From the NCBI GenBank assembly GCA_012031875.1, contig JAAUSZ010000001.1:12564-76563 (forward strand): 64,000 nucleotides of DNA, read 5' to 3'. The notes beneath the pieces are model-generated. The model was not told where the DNA came from, made no database searches, and was given only the letters and a program-made list of their open reading frames with translations. This document shows, piece after piece, positions 21,712-32,729 of the stretch. Source of the DNA: Desulfobacula sp. Lineage in GTDB: Bacteria; Desulfobacterota; Desulfobacteria; Desulfobacterales; Desulfobacteraceae. Position 1 is the stretch's first letter; each line of letters begins with the position of its first letter. The position numbers and the translations under genes were made by a program.

Positions 21712-23511
21712 CTAGATTCTGAAGGTTGTGGTCAGTTGTTTGAGTTCCACTGCAACCTGCGCGAGCCGGTCTGTCTGTTCCTTTTGCAGCATGGAACTTT
21801 CCAGGATCTCATTCACCGTCCCGGAGAGCCGTTCCGAATGTTCTGAAACCATTCTGGCCCGCTGGGAAGACAGGGTCACCTCCCTTGCAATATCGCCCAC
21901 GGCCGTTACGGTCTGCAAAAGATTCTCAGTCACGCCCTGCTCAAGATTCATGACCTGTTTCATGCTCTGGGCCACCTCTTCGGTCTTGCCGGCCGCGAGG
22001 TTGATGTTTTTTGCAACGGAATCGGCTGAATCCGCAGACTCGGCAATATTCCTCGTCACTTCATTGCTGGTGGCGGTTTGTTCTTCAACCGAGGAGGCAA
22101 TGGCCCCCATGATGGTATCCACCTCGGTGATGACCTTGGCAATGGACTGGATGGCATCGATGGCTTCTTCGGTATGGCTCTGCATGCCCTGGATCTTTTT
22201 CCTTATATCCTGGGCAGCCCCGGAGGTCTGCTTTGCCAGCTCTTTTACTTCATGGGCCACCACAGCAAACCCTTTTCCGGCTTCCCCGGCCCCGGCCGCC
22301 TCTATGGCTGCATTAAGGGCCAGAAGGTTGGTTTTCCCCGCGATTCCCGTGATCAGGTCGATGATATCTCCGATCTGGGACGCGGCCTCACCCAGCTTTC
22401 TCACCACCTCAAAGGTCCGCGAGGCTTCCTTTGACGCGCTGCTGGTAATGGCCGCACCCCGGGCCGAACTCTTGGTGATCTCGCTCTGGCTGGCGTACAT
22501 CTGTTCCATTGCCGTTGCCACGGTATTGACCGCAAAGGACATCTGTTCCGCGGCCGCCGCAACAGACCCGATATTGGCCGAAGCCTCGGAAAGGTTCCGG
22601 TTTGAATGTTTAATCTCCACGGATACGGTTTCTGAGTTTTTATTGACGTCGTTGATCTGGGAACTCACCTCTTCCGCGGCAGAGGCTATGCCGGCGATGT
22701 GGTTTGAAATTTCCACCGCGGCACCGGATGCCTCAACGGCCATTTTGCTTCCCTGGCCCGCGCTGGTATCGATCCGGTTTGAAATTTCCCGGACATCCTG
22801 GGAGAATCCGGCTACGGAATCGCTGGTACTCCTAATCCTGTCCATGGTCAGGTTCAGTTTTAAGGCCATCCTGGAAAAAATCATCCAGATGAGAAGAACC
22901 ACGGAAATCACACCCAGGGCGCCCGCCAGAATACTGAGATTCCTGGCCTTTCCCATGGATTTTAAGCTGTCCGAACTGTCCACCAGGACGGCGATTCCTC
23001 CGATAATCGGCTGTGAGGCATCATGGCAGTGATGGCATGAGGTTTCATTCCGGCTGGGCATGAGGGACCCGTAATACAAGGCATCATTGACCTTTCTCTT
23101 GATCAGGCCTCCGCCCGCGCCTGTTTTCAGCAGGGCTTCATTCTGCCCGATATGAGCCGGGTCCCCCAGAAAATCATTAAAGGAGGTCCCGATGGATTCC
23201 GGCCGGGTTGAAAAGCTGATCTTTGCCTGGGAGTCATAGACAAAAACGTCAATTTCCGGGAGAACCTCATGAAGTTTTTTAAACTGTTCCCGGACCATAT
23301 CATTATTCCCGGTGGAGAGCGCACCGGTCATTCCCCCGACAATGGAGGCGGATATTTCATTGCAGCGGTTTTCCATATTCTTTTCATTCATTTTTTTCTG
23401 ATAGGAATATTCAATCAGAATGACGGCCACAAGGATACACAGCACAACCATTGAAATCAAAGCGGCAGAATGAATCCAGCGGTGCTTTTTAACATAACCG
23501 GACAGGCCCAT
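21712..23511 (-). CDS. Methyl-accepting chemotaxis protein with periplasmic c-type heme motif
   Basis: Two TMs, CHHCH (23023-23037) before TM2, [26 protein letters not shown]. Confidence 0.92.
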   Translation of the reverse strand: MGLSGYVKKHRWIHSAALISMVVLCILVAVILIEYSYQKKMNEKNMENRCNEISASIVGGMTGALSTGNNDMVREQFKKLHEVLPEIDVFVYDSQAKISFSTRPESIGTSFNDFLGDPAHIGQNEALLKTGAGGGLIKRKVNDALYYGSLMPSRNETSCHHCHDASQPIIGGIAVLVDSSDSLKSMGKARNLSILAGALGVISVVLLIWMIFSRMALKLNLTMDRIRSTSDSVAGFSQDVREISNRIDTSAGQGSKMAVEASGAAVEISNHIAGIASAAEEVSSQINDVNKNSETVSVEIKHSNRNLSEASANIGSVAAAAEQMSFAVNTVATAMEQMYASQSEITKSSARGAAITSSASKEASRTFEVVRKLGEAASQIGDIIDLITGIAGKTNLLALNAAIEAAGAGEAGKGFAVVAHEVKELAKQTSGAAQDIRKKIQGMQSHTEEAIDAIQSIAKVITEVDTIMGAIASSVEEQTATSNEVTRNIAESADSADSVAKNINLAAGKTEEVAQSMKQVMNLEQGVTENLLQTVTAVGDIAREVTLSSQRARMVSEHSERLSGTVNEILESSMLQKEQTDRLAQVAVELKQLTTTFRI

Positions 23512-23528
23512 GGGTCCCTCCTTAAAGA

Positions 23529-23567
23529 TTGTAAAACCAAGGCATCTGATGTATAAATCCGGGCATG
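23529..23567 (+). promoter_or_regulatory. sigma70 promoter placed for a leaderless transcript
   Basis: TTGTAA-N17-TATAAA-TCCGGGC-ATG; no SD sequence. Confidence 0.5.
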
Positions 23568-24295
23568 ACCCTATTGCCGATCCAAAACGAACCCTGCATC
23601 AATGCGCTGTCTCCAAAACCGGGAATCCTCATCTGGTATTCCCGGATACCGGACATGACGGATAAAATTTTACGTAAAGGTAACTACCATAATTTCAGGC
23701 CCAGGGTAAATGAAATATTTAAAAAAAATGATTTTATTCAGCCCGTTCTCAGTGAGGCGGAACTCCGGGCCGTCAACGGCTTCAAAGCGCTGAAAAAGCA
23801 GGTGGAATGGATTTGCGGCCGGTACCTGTTAAAACTGATGATGGCCCGCTTTTTTCTAAAGGATTTCCCCCTGGACCAAATCACCTTTTCCTATCTGGAT
23901 GAAGGCGCACCCGTTGTATCTGGCCGGCCTCAGATTCCCGTGTCCCTGTCCCACAGCCATGACTATACGGCTGCGGCCTGCCGTTTTGATACCGCCCTGC
24001 CCATCGGCTTGGATCTTGAAAAAATTGCGCCCATGCCGGATTCATATTTTCTAAACACCGCGTTTACCCAAAATGAGCTTTCGGCCCTTGAAAAGAATGC
24101 CCCCTGTGTTTTTAAACACTGGACCATCAAGGAAGCCTACCTCAAATACATTAAAAAGGATTTAACGAGAGCCTCCATAAAGTGGAGGTCATCCATGATG
24201 AAATCTTTCATGATCATATCAAGGCCGAGGTGGACATCTTTTCCCATACGCTTTCATCAGGGTATATCCTCTCCCTTGTGTCCGGCCGGTCCTGA
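23565..24295 (+). CDS. 4'-phosphopantetheinyl transferase (frameshift near 24157)
   Basis: [21 protein letters not shown](K)G; corrected frame stops at 24293-24295. Confidence 0.85.
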
Positions 24296-25025
24296 GCGCC
24301 CCGGGGTCGAACACATAGCCCACGGACCGCCGGCTGATAAAATAGACGGGTTTCTTCGGATTTTTTTCAAAATATTTCCTGAACCGGACAATAAAATTAT
24401 CCACGGTCCGGGTGGTCGTGTCCTTGGCATAGCCCCACCCGGAATTGAGAAGCATCTCCCTGGACAAAGGCTTTCCTGAATGGGTGATAAAAAGCTTGAG
24501 AAGAACGATTTCCTGCTCCGTTAAAATAATGTCGCCCGCCCTGCACCGGGCCTTGAACGTGATAAAATTGATCCGGTTTTCGCCGAATGCATACTGATTT
24601 CCGTCAAAAAGGCCGGTTTGCGGTTCCTTTTTTTCAGGATCATACCAGGCTTTTTTTCTCAGGAGCCGCTCCACCCTTAGAAGAAATTCTTCCAAGTCAA
24701 AGGGTTTTGACAAATAGTCATCCACACCGTATTTGAGTCCTTTGACCTTGTCCCTGGTATCCCCCCTCGCGGAAAGGATGAGGATGGGAATTTTCTCATC
24801 CTCGCCGCGTATGGTTTTTAAAATGGAAAACCCGTCCACCATGGGCAGCATGATATCCAGGATAATCAGGTCCGGCTTCCAGGACCGCCATTGGCCAAGG
24901 CCGTCGATTCCGTCGGCGCACACCTTTGCCTCATGGCCCTGGAGGCTCAGGTTCAGGCGTATCCCTTCCGCAATATGGGCCTCATCCTCTATAATCAGGA
25001 TACGCTTTTTTTCAGCCGTTTCCAT
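24219..25025 (-). CDS. OmpR-family response regulator
   Basis: REC domain plus winged helix TRTVDNFIVRFRKYFE...RSVGYVF. Confidence 0.92.
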   Translation of the reverse strand: METAEKKRILIIEDEAHIAEGIRLNLSLQGHEAKVCADGIDGLGQWRSWKPDLIILDIMLPMVDGFSILKTIRGEDEKIPILILSARGDTRDKVKGLKYGVDDYLSKPFDLEEFLLRVERLLRKKAWYDPEKKEPQTGLFDGNQYAFGENRINFITFKARCRAGDIILTEQEIVLLKLFITHSGKPLSREMLLNSGWGYAKDTTTRTVDNFIVRFRKYFEKNPKKPVYFISRRSVGYVFDPGALRTGRTQGRGYTLMKAYGKRCPPRP

Positions 25026-26011
25026 AGATGCTTCTCCCTGATATCGGCGATGCCGGTGGTTGGAATGGTAATGATAAAGGTGGACCCCTTTGATTTTCCC
25101 TCACTGGCCACCGAGGTTCTCCACCCGTGAATCATGGCGATGCTGGATACCAGATAAAGCCCCAGGCCTGATCCCGAGACGTCTTTTTTATGTTCCCGGT
25201 CCGATTGATAGAATTTCTTGAAAATCTGCTTCTGCTCTTTCTTATCCACGCCAATGCCGTTGTCGATGAATTCAATCGTGATTTTCTGGATAAAACTCTT
25301 GAAGCGGATCACCAGTTTCGGTGTTTCCGATTCATTATATTTGACTGCATTGGAAATAATATTCATGAGAAGCATTTCAAACAAAAACAAATTGACCGGG
25401 TAAACCAGGGGGCTGCCGGACAGGTTTTCAATTTTAATTTCAAGATTTCTGAAAAGGGAGGCGTTTTTTCGGCAGAAATTTTCCACCAGTTCCACAAGGC
25501 CGGCCCTTGTCACTTCCGACCCGAAATTCTGGCTCTCTATCCGTGCAAGGTTCAGAATGCTGTTGATGTTGTCCGTGAGCCGGTTGATGTCCTGGAGCAT
25601 ATTCTCACTGTATTTTTTAACCTCGTCGGATCCCAGGGGATGGCGGATAAAGGTTTCAAGATAGATTCTCAGGGAGGTCACCGGGGTCTTTAATTCATGG
25701 GTGAAATTATAGATAAAATTATGCTGGAGCCGGAAAAGGTTGACGGTTTTCTGATAATAGATAAAGGCCAGAAGAATACCGGCCAGCAACACGGTGATCA
25801 AGGCGATGAGGATGAGGATGGTCATGCCGGTTTTTGAAGGGAAGATGGAGGTGGGATCAATATTGAATTTTAAAATCACCACCTCAAGGGCCCGGGTGAT
25901 TTCCATATACCAGCTCACGGTCATCACCAGAACCGCGGCCAGGGCAAAGATGGAACAGGCAAAAATAAATACGGGGTGAAGATACCACCGGGATGGGTTT
26001 AAAATCTGCAT
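24995..26011 (-). CDS. Membrane sensor histidine kinase
   Basis: 2 TMs, FTHELKTP, NAVKY, DNGIG, GSGLGL. Confidence 0.92.
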   Translation of the reverse strand: MQILNPSRWYLHPVFIFACSIFALAAVLVMTVSWYMEITRALEVVILKFNIDPTSIFPSKTGMTILILIALITVLLAGILLAFIYYQKTVNLFRLQHNFIYNFTHELKTPVTSLRIYLETFIRHPLGSDEVKKYSENMLQDINRLTDNINSILNLARIESQNFGSEVTRAGLVELVENFCRKNASLFRNLEIKIENLSGSPLVYPVNLFLFEMLLMNIISNAVKYNESETPKLVIRFKSFIQKITIEFIDNGIGVDKKEQKQIFKKFYQSDREHKKDVSGSGLGLYLVSSIAMIHGWRTSVASEGKSKGSTFIITIPTTGIADIREKHLWKRLKKSVS

Positions 26012-26013
26012 GT

Positions 26014-27243
26014 TCAGCCGTTTTCCCGCTGCTCCGGAAACTTCATGATAAAGGCCACCCCCCGGCCCGGTTCGCTTTCACATTCAATGCCGCCTTTCAG
26101 GGTCTGGGTCACGAGATTAAAAACAATGGACATGCCCAGCCCGGTGCCGCCCTTTCCCCGCATGGTGGTATAGAAGGGATCAAAGACCTTTTCCCTTTCT
26201 TCCGGCCCCATTCCCCGGCCGTTATCCCGGTAGACGAACAGAATATCCCCTTCCTGCCGTGAAATATGGATGGAGATGATACCTTTCTCAATTCCCTGGA
26301 ATCCGTGGATCAGGGAATTCATGATCAGGTTGCTCAGAATCTGGGAAAAGGCTCCCGGGAAAGAATTAAGTTCAATATCCGGTTCACAGGCGACATTGAT
26401 GGCATGCTGGGTTTTTTTGTACCTGGGCCTCAGGCTGAGAAGAATTTCATGGATATATTCCTTAAGATTAAACTGCCGCCTGCTTTCGCTGGACTGGTCC
26501 ACCGCCACCTGCTTAAAGCTGGAAATCAGTTCCGCGGCCCTCTCCATATTGATAAGGATGGAATTGGAGACCTCTTCAACGGTTTGAAGATAGCTTTCAA
26601 GTTCGCTCCTTTTTAATTCTCCTGCTTCATAAATTTTTTTCACCTCACTGGTTTTGGCATCCAGAAAAGACGCAGCGGTCACACCGACGCCGACGGGGGT
26701 ATTGATTTCATGGGCGACCCCGGCCACCAGCTCGCCCAGGGCCGCCATTTTTTCAGACTGGACCAGTTGATCCCTGGCTCTTTCCAGGGTTTCAAGGGAC
26801 ATCCTCAACTGCCCGTTGGCCGCCTCAAGGTCTTTTTCATACTGATGTTTTTCCCGGATCAGTTCAGCCCTTTCAAGGGCCTTGTTCACGGCATGGTAAA
26901 GGACATTCATATCCTGGATGGGCTTGATGATATAATCCCACGCGCCCAGCCTCAGGGCCTCAACCGTATCCGCGATATTGCCGGCGCCGGAAACAATGAT
27001 AATCGGAATTTTTGAATTTCTCTCCCTTACACCGGTCAGGACTTCAAGCCCGTCCATTTCCGGCATGCGAAGATCGCAGAGCACCAGGTCCGGATGATGC
27101 GTATCAAATATCTCAAGGCCGGTTCTGCCGTTTTCCGCACTGATCACTTCAAATCCGAAATCCTCAAGAAAGCCGATGACGCTGTCCCGGATATATACCT
27201 CATCATCAATGACCAGAATTTTTTTTATATTAGCGCCCGTCAT
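26014..27243 (-). CDS. Hybrid REC-histidine kinase (cytoplasmic)
   Basis: N-terminal REC, VAHEINTP, DNGRG, GTGLG. Confidence 0.92.
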   Translation of the reverse strand: MTGANIKKILVIDDEVYIRDSVIGFLEDFGFEVISAENGRTGLEIFDTHHPDLVLCDLRMPEMDGLEVLTGVRERNSKIPIIIVSGAGNIADTVEALRLGAWDYIIKPIQDMNVLYHAVNKALERAELIREKHQYEKDLEAANGQLRMSLETLERARDQLVQSEKMAALGELVAGVAHEINTPVGVGVTAASFLDAKTSEVKKIYEAGELKRSELESYLQTVEEVSNSILINMERAAELISSFKQVAVDQSSESRRQFNLKEYIHEILLSLRPRYKKTQHAINVACEPDIELNSFPGAFSQILSNLIMNSLIHGFQGIEKGIISIHISRQEGDILFVYRDNGRGMGPEEREKVFDPFYTTMRGKGGTGLGMSIVFNLVTQTLKGGIECESEPGRGVAFIMKFPEQRENG

Positions 27244-27254
27244 AGCCGGCTTGC

Positions 27255-27634
27255 TTATCCTCCATATTGATCTCTCAATGCATCCCTTAAAATTTTTAAA
27301 TCCCCCGCGGGCTTGATCATGATCTTTTTCGGGTTATCCCCAGGGCCCTGACCGCATCGGGCGGCGTGTAATCCGCGGAACCGGTATGGACCACAAATTT
27401 AATTGCCGGTAAAATTTTCCTGGCTTCGACCATGAAGGTATTTCCGTCCATCCCCGGAAGGCGGATATCCACTACCGCTTCGTCAATCCGGTGGTTCCGG
27501 ACGATATCCAGGGCTTCTTCACCGCTGGCGGACTGGAAAACGACATATCCCTCGTCTTCCATGTAAGCGGCAATGCTTTGTCGAATGCTTTCTTCATCAT
27601 CAAGGATTAAAAAATGTCTGGGCTCGGCCGTCAT
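27255..27634 (-). CDS. Single-domain response regulator (frameshift near 27325)
   Basis: LDDEESIR, VDIRLPGMDG; the shifted frame restores IKP and ends at TAA 27255-27257. Confidence 0.8.
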
Positions 27635-27677
27635 TTTGTCCTTCCTTATCAAAAAGCTGCGGGTCGGGTTGTTTTTT

Positions 27678-29672
27678 TTATATCAACAGTTGCTGAATCT
27701 TTTTTGAAAGGTCCTCCACCGTCACGGGTTTCATGACAAAACTTTTAATACCGGCCTCTTCAATTGTTTCCTTGCTGACGGCGCTGCTGTATCCGGAACA
27801 GAGAATAATGGGAATATCCCTCTTGATGGACAATATGTCCCTGGCAAGATCAAATCCCGTTTTCCCGGGCATGGTTTGATCCGTCACCACAAGATCAATC
27901 CCATGTCCTTCCCGTTTAAAAAAATCAAGGGCCTCTTCACTTGAAAAAAACAGATCCACCCTGTATCCAAGGGCTTCAAACCCCTCTTTGCACATCAGGG
28001 CGATATCCCTGTCATCATCCACCACCAGAAGCCTCTCGCCGGATCCTGTCTTTTGGGCGGACCGGGGGGTTTCCCCTTCTTCGGCCGTATCTTCCCTGCT
28101 GACGACCGGCAAAAAAACGGCAAAGGTGGTTCCCCTGCGGACCCGGCTTTTGACCCGGATGATCCCTTTGCAGGATTTCACGATACCGTAAACCGTGGCG
28201 AGACCGAGACCTGTCCCCTTTCCCTCTTCCTTGGTGGAAAAATAGGGGTCAAACATCCTTTCCATGACATCTTCCGTCATGCCGCAGCCCGTATCCGATA
28301 CTTCAAGGGCCAGATAGGTTCCCGGCCTGCATTCAGGGCTTGCATGGTCCACAATATCCGAAGAAGTAAGAACAACCTCATTCAGGCCCACGGTGAGGAT
28401 GCCCCCTTTTTCTTCCATGGCGTGATAGGCATTGGTACACAGATTCATGACGATCTGATGGATCTGGGTGGGGTCCGCCTCAACGGGTCCGCAGTCCCGG
28501 TCGATCCTGTCCTCAATGACAATGGTTGATGGAATGGACCCCCTCAGGAGCTTAATGACTTCCTTCAGCACCGGGTGGATTTTAATGATGCGTTTTTTTT
28601 CTTCATTCCTGCGGTTGAAGGTCAACACCTGGCTGACCAGGTCGGCGGCCCTTAACGCGGCTTTTTGAATTTTTTCACTGCGCTGGAATACGCTGGCCGA
28701 GGGGTCGGAGGACCGCATGATCATTTCGGCATACCCGAGAATGGGGCTCAGGATATTGTTGAGGTCATGGGCGATGCCGCCGGCCAAGGTTCCGATGGCC
28801 TCCATTTTCTGGGCTTTTTTGAGCTGATTTTCAAGGCTTCGCCACCGTTGTTCAGCCTTCCGCTTTTCCGTTACGTCCAGCAGTGAGACAACCGCCTTAT
28901 CCGTACCGGGAATCACCCCGAGGCTGACATAAACAAACTTTTCCCCCCCGTTACTCCCGGTAAATTTGATTTCATACTGCATGGGGGCATAGTTTTCCGT
29001 TTTCAGATTCAACCGTGCTTCGAAATAATTCCGCATGACCTGGATATCATCGGGAGCCACGAAATCATACCATTTCTTCAGGCCCACAATATCCCGGCCG
29101 GCCATACCGGCAAGCTCGGCAAATTTTGAATTCACCATGGAGATGGTGTCATCCCGTTCGATGATGATGGCGGCCGTGCCCGTATACTCAAAAATGGCCT
29201 TATAGCGTTCTTCTCCCTTCCGGAGTTCTTTTGTCCTTTCAATGACAAGCTCTTCAAGCCTTTCCTGATACTGCTGGTTTTCCTTTTTGAGCCGGCTTTG
29301 CTTCAGGCATTTCTGGATGGAATGATATAAAACGCTCAAATCTTCAATGGGTTTGAGGATATAATCCCAGGCCCCCAGGTGAAGGGCCTCCACCACGGAG
29401 GTAATATTCCCTGTTCCCGAGGCGACCACCAGCGGAACATCCGGGGCTTTGTCCCGCAATATTTCCAGGACCTTAAGCCCGTCCATCTCGGGCATCCTTA
29501 AATCCAGCAGAACCAGGTCCGGGTGTTCCCGGTCAAAGACCTCTATCCCCTTTTTCCCGTTTTCCGCCTCAAAAACCGTAAATTCATAATCTTCCAGATA
29601 GGTCCGGACACTCTGGCGGATATAGGATTCATCATCAATGGTCAGGATTTTATATCTGCTGTTGTCTTCCAA
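27678..29672 (-). CDS. Hybrid kinase REC-PAS-HisKA-HATPase-REC
   Basis: Two RECs, PAS, IAHDLNNIL, DTGCG, GTGLGL. Confidence 0.93.
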   Translation of the reverse strand: MEDNSRYKILTIDDESYIRQSVRTYLEDYEFTVFEAENGKKGIEVFDREHPDLVLLDLRMPEMDGLKVLEILRDKAPDVPLVVASGTGNITSVVEALHLGAWDYILKPIEDLSVLYHSIQKCLKQSRLKKENQQYQERLEELVIERTKELRKGEERYKAIFEYTGTAAIIIERDDTISMVNSKFAELAGMAGRDIVGLKKWYDFVAPDDIQVMRNYFEARLNLKTENYAPMQYEIKFTGSNGGEKFVYVSLGVIPGTDKAVVSLLDVTEKRKAEQRWRSLENQLKKAQKMEAIGTLAGGIAHDLNNILSPILGYAEMIMRSSDPSASVFQRSEKIQKAALRAADLVSQVLTFNRRNEEKKRIIKIHPVLKEVIKLLRGSIPSTIVIEDRIDRDCGPVEADPTQIHQIVMNLCTNAYHAMEEKGGILTVGLNEVVLTSSDIVDHASPECRPGTYLALEVSDTGCGMTEDVMERMFDPYFSTKEEGKGTGLGLATVYGIVKSCKGIIRVKSRVRRGTTFAVFLPVVSREDTAEEGETPRSAQKTGSGERLLVVDDDRDIALMCKEGFEALGYRVDLFFSSEEALDFFKREGHGIDLVVTDQTMPGKTGFDLARDILSIKRDIPIILCSGYSSAVSKETIEEAGIKSFVMKPVTVEDLSKKIQQLLI

Positions 29673-29840
29673 ATCAATCGCCTTGTCTTCTATGGCCGTC
29701 GCTGCATCGGCGCTTCCCTGTGAAAATTCCGTTCAGGGGAAACATTATTCTTGTAAGGGTTTGTCTGTCAAGCATTAATAGCCCGGCCGGGTGAAAATTG
29801 TTGCCCAAATCATGCATCAATGGTATAAAGTCCGGACCCT

Positions 29841-30596
29841 ATGAAAACCGATCACGACATCATACTGGAAAATGTCTCCTTTGCTTATAAACAGAGCAAT
29901 ATCCTGGAGGATGTCACCCTTTTCATTGACAGGGGAGAATTTGCCAGTATTGTCGGTCCCAACGGCGGCGGAAAAACCACCCTTTTAAAACTCATTCTCG
30001 GCCTGCTCAAGCCGGATAAGGGAAGGATCAGCATCTTTGGAAAACCGCCGGAACAGGCCCGGCAAAAAATAGGGTATATGCCCCAGTATGCCCCCCTGGA
30101 TATGAATTTCCCCGCCACGGTCATGGATGTGGTGCTCATGGGAAGGCTGGCTGAAAAAACCTTCTGGTTTTCAAAAAAGGACCGATCCGAAGCCTTGGCC
30201 GCCATTGATGAAGTCGGGATGGGCAGCTTTGCCGGCACCGGATTCAACGAGCTTTCCGGGGGCCAGAGACAGCGCATTCTCATTGCCAGAGCGCTTTGCA
30301 GCCGGCCGGACCTCCTCTTGCTGGATGAACCCACGGCCAATGTGGACCATGAAACCGAGGTCAATCTTTTTTCCATCCTTCAGGCCTTAAATTCAAAAAT
30401 GACCATTCTCGTGGTTTCCCATGATCTCGGCTTTGTGTCAAAATATGTAAAAAGCGTCATCTGCGTCAACCGGAAAGTAGTGATCCACCCCACCACCCTC
30501 ATGAACGGGATGCTGATCAAGGACATTTACCACGGGGACCTGAAGATGGTCCGGCATGACCACCGGTGCAGCCGGGAAGGCCACAGCCATGATTGA
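29841..30596 (+). CDS. znuC: Zn/Mn ABC transporter ATPase
   Basis: GPNGGGKTT, YMPQ, LSGGQRQR, SHD, His/Cys-rich tail. Confidence 0.88.
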   Translation: MKTDHDIILENVSFAYKQSNILEDVTLFIDRGEFASIVGPNGGGKTTLLKLILGLLKPDKGRISIFGKPPEQARQKIGYMPQYAPLDMNFPATVMDVVLMGRLAEKTFWFSKKDRSEALAAIDEVGMGSFAGTGFNELSGGQRQRILIARALCSRPDLLLLDEPTANVDHETEVNLFSILQALNSKMTILVVSHDLGFVSKYVKSVICVNRKVVIHPTTLMNGMLIKDIYHGDLKMVRHDHRCSREGHSHD

Positions 30597-31429
30597 AACC
30601 ATTCAGGCCCTCTTTGACCCGGACAACCTGTTTTTAAGATATGCCCTGGTCATGGGCGGCCTGGCCTCCGTTTCCTTTGGCATCATCGGCACCTTTGTGA
30701 CCGTCAAAAGAATCGGATATCTGGCCGGCGCCATTTCCCATTCCATCTTCGGCGGCATCGGCCTGGCCCTTTTTCTTCAGGTCAATGCGGGCCTCACCTG
30801 GTTCGACCCCATCCTGGGCGCGTCGCTGGCCGCCGTCATTTCCGCCGTCGCCATAGGCCTTGTCAGCCTTCACGCCAAGGAAAGGGAGGACACCATTATC
30901 GGAACCCTCTGGGCCGTAGGCATGGCCGCCGGTATCCTTTTTATCGATAAAACAGCCGGGTATTTCAATCTTTCCTCTTACCTCTTCGGCGACATCCTCC
31001 TGATTTCAAAAAAAGACCTCATATACGTCTTCTGCCTGGATGCCGCGGTTCTCGGCCTCAGCATTCTTTTTTTAACCGGTTTTTCAGTGTCTGTTTTGAC
31101 AGTGAATTCATGTCCCTGAGGGGAATCAATACCGGTTTTTTCTATCTTCTGCTGCTGATCCTGACCTCCCTGACCGTGGTTCTCCTGGTCAGGATCGTGG
31201 GCATCGTCCTGGTCATCGCCCTTCTCACCATACCCCCGGCCATTGCCTCCTTTTATGCCAAAAGGCTTTGGCAGATGATGGCTTTTTCCATCCTGATCTG
31301 CTTTTTTTTACCACTGCCGGGCTTTTATCAAGTTATGCCTTCAGCCTTTCCAGCGGCCCCACCATCATTATCCTGAGCGGGGCCGCCTACCTGATCCTGC
31401 TCATTTTTCACAAATGGATAAAAAACTGA
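30589..31429 (+). CDS. znuB: Zn/Mn ABC transporter permease (frameshifts near 31070 and 31305)
   Basis: AISHSIFGG, YLFGDIL, VGIVLVIALLTIP, SGPTII. Confidence 0.85.
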
Positions 31430-31453
31430 GGGCTTTTACGGGAGTGACCCCCT

Positions 31454-32573
31454 ATGGCGCAAAATAAAGCAAATAAACCCTTCCAACTGAACACCCATTA
31501 TTTTCTTTTTTTTTCTCCTGGGAATTGTGTTTTTCGGGTGTTTCTCCATTATCCGGCCCTATATCCATACCATACTGCTGGCCCTGATCCTTACCTCTGT
31601 GGCAAGCCCCGCGCACCGGAGGATCGAAACCTTCCTGGGCCGCCGGAAAAATCTTTCCGCCTTTGTGTCCTGCCTTTTGCTCACCATTGTGGTGGTCATT
31701 CCCCTGGTATTTCTCCTTTTGTCATTGATCCAGCAAGGCGTTTCCTCATTTAATGCCATGTATGACTGGATATCCGCGGAAAAATACAGGGTTATCCTGG
31801 AGCACCCCCTGGCCGTCAAGCTGTATGCCTGGGTCAATGCCCAGCTCCCGGATATCCGGAAGATCTTTCCGGATCTGAACCTGGCCGACCTGAAGATAGA
31901 CAAGCTGATCCTGGACGCCACCTCCAACCTGGGGAAAACCCTTTTAAACCAGGGGGGACAGGTCGTCGGAAACATCGGCTCCTTCATCGGCAAATTCTGT
32001 CTCATGATTTTCACCTTTTTCTTTCTGATCCGGGATGAGGCCCGGATACTCAACCGGGTCCTGCATCTGGCGCCCATGAGCCGCAGCCGGGAAATGCAGA
32101 TCATCCTTAAAATCAAGGAAATCGCCAAATCCGCCCTGCTGGGAACCTTTGTCACGGCCCTGGCCCAGGGCCTGGCCGGGGGGATCGCCTTTTATATCTG
32201 CGGCCTTCCCGGACTCTTCTGGGGCATGGTCATGGCCTTTGCCTCCCTCATTCCCATGGTGGGAACCGCCCTGATCTGGGTGCCGGCAGCCCTTTATCTG
32301 GCCATCTCCGGGAGCCTCTGGCTCTGCCTCTTCCTTGTCATCTGGTGCGTGATCGTGGTGGGAGGCATTGATAATTTCCTCCGCCCCCTTTTCATGCAGA
32401 ACGGGTCGGAAATGAATACCCTCCTGATTTTTTTCTCCATCCTGGGTGGAATCAACAGCTTCGGCCTTTTGGGCCTGCTCTACGGCCCGCTGCTTTTTGG
32501 ACTGGCCCTGGTGCTGCTCTATATCTACGGCATGGAATTCAAAACCTTTTTGTCCGACCTGGACCGCCAGTAA
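31454..32573 (+). CDS. AI-2E family transporter (frameshift near 31510)
   Basis: FFLIRD, IPMVGTALIWVP, DNFLRP, GLLYGP. Confidence 0.85.
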
Positions 32574-32729
32574 GAGTTTTCCCCCCGCCCCTGCCTGTAA
32601 CTTTTTTGTAACCCCCTTGTGCTATGGAAAGACGGAATCCAAAGGGGTCATCTCTTTTTATGGCCAAAGGCCGCAAAAACCGATGGTCAGGGATAGGTTT
32701 TAATTCTTAAGCCAAGGAGGCATTTTCAG

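Noticed and set aside
21728-23032. 434-aa antisense ORF, and similar long shadow ORFs at 34751-35893, 43516-44667, 55299-55985 and 61370-62089
   Set aside because: Opposite-strand shadows of well-supported genes in GC-rich DNA; no motifs or RBS
32575-32729. Possible Moco/tungsten riboswitch upstream of fdhA
   Set aside because: Only short hairpins; I cannot match the conserved Moco-motif elements
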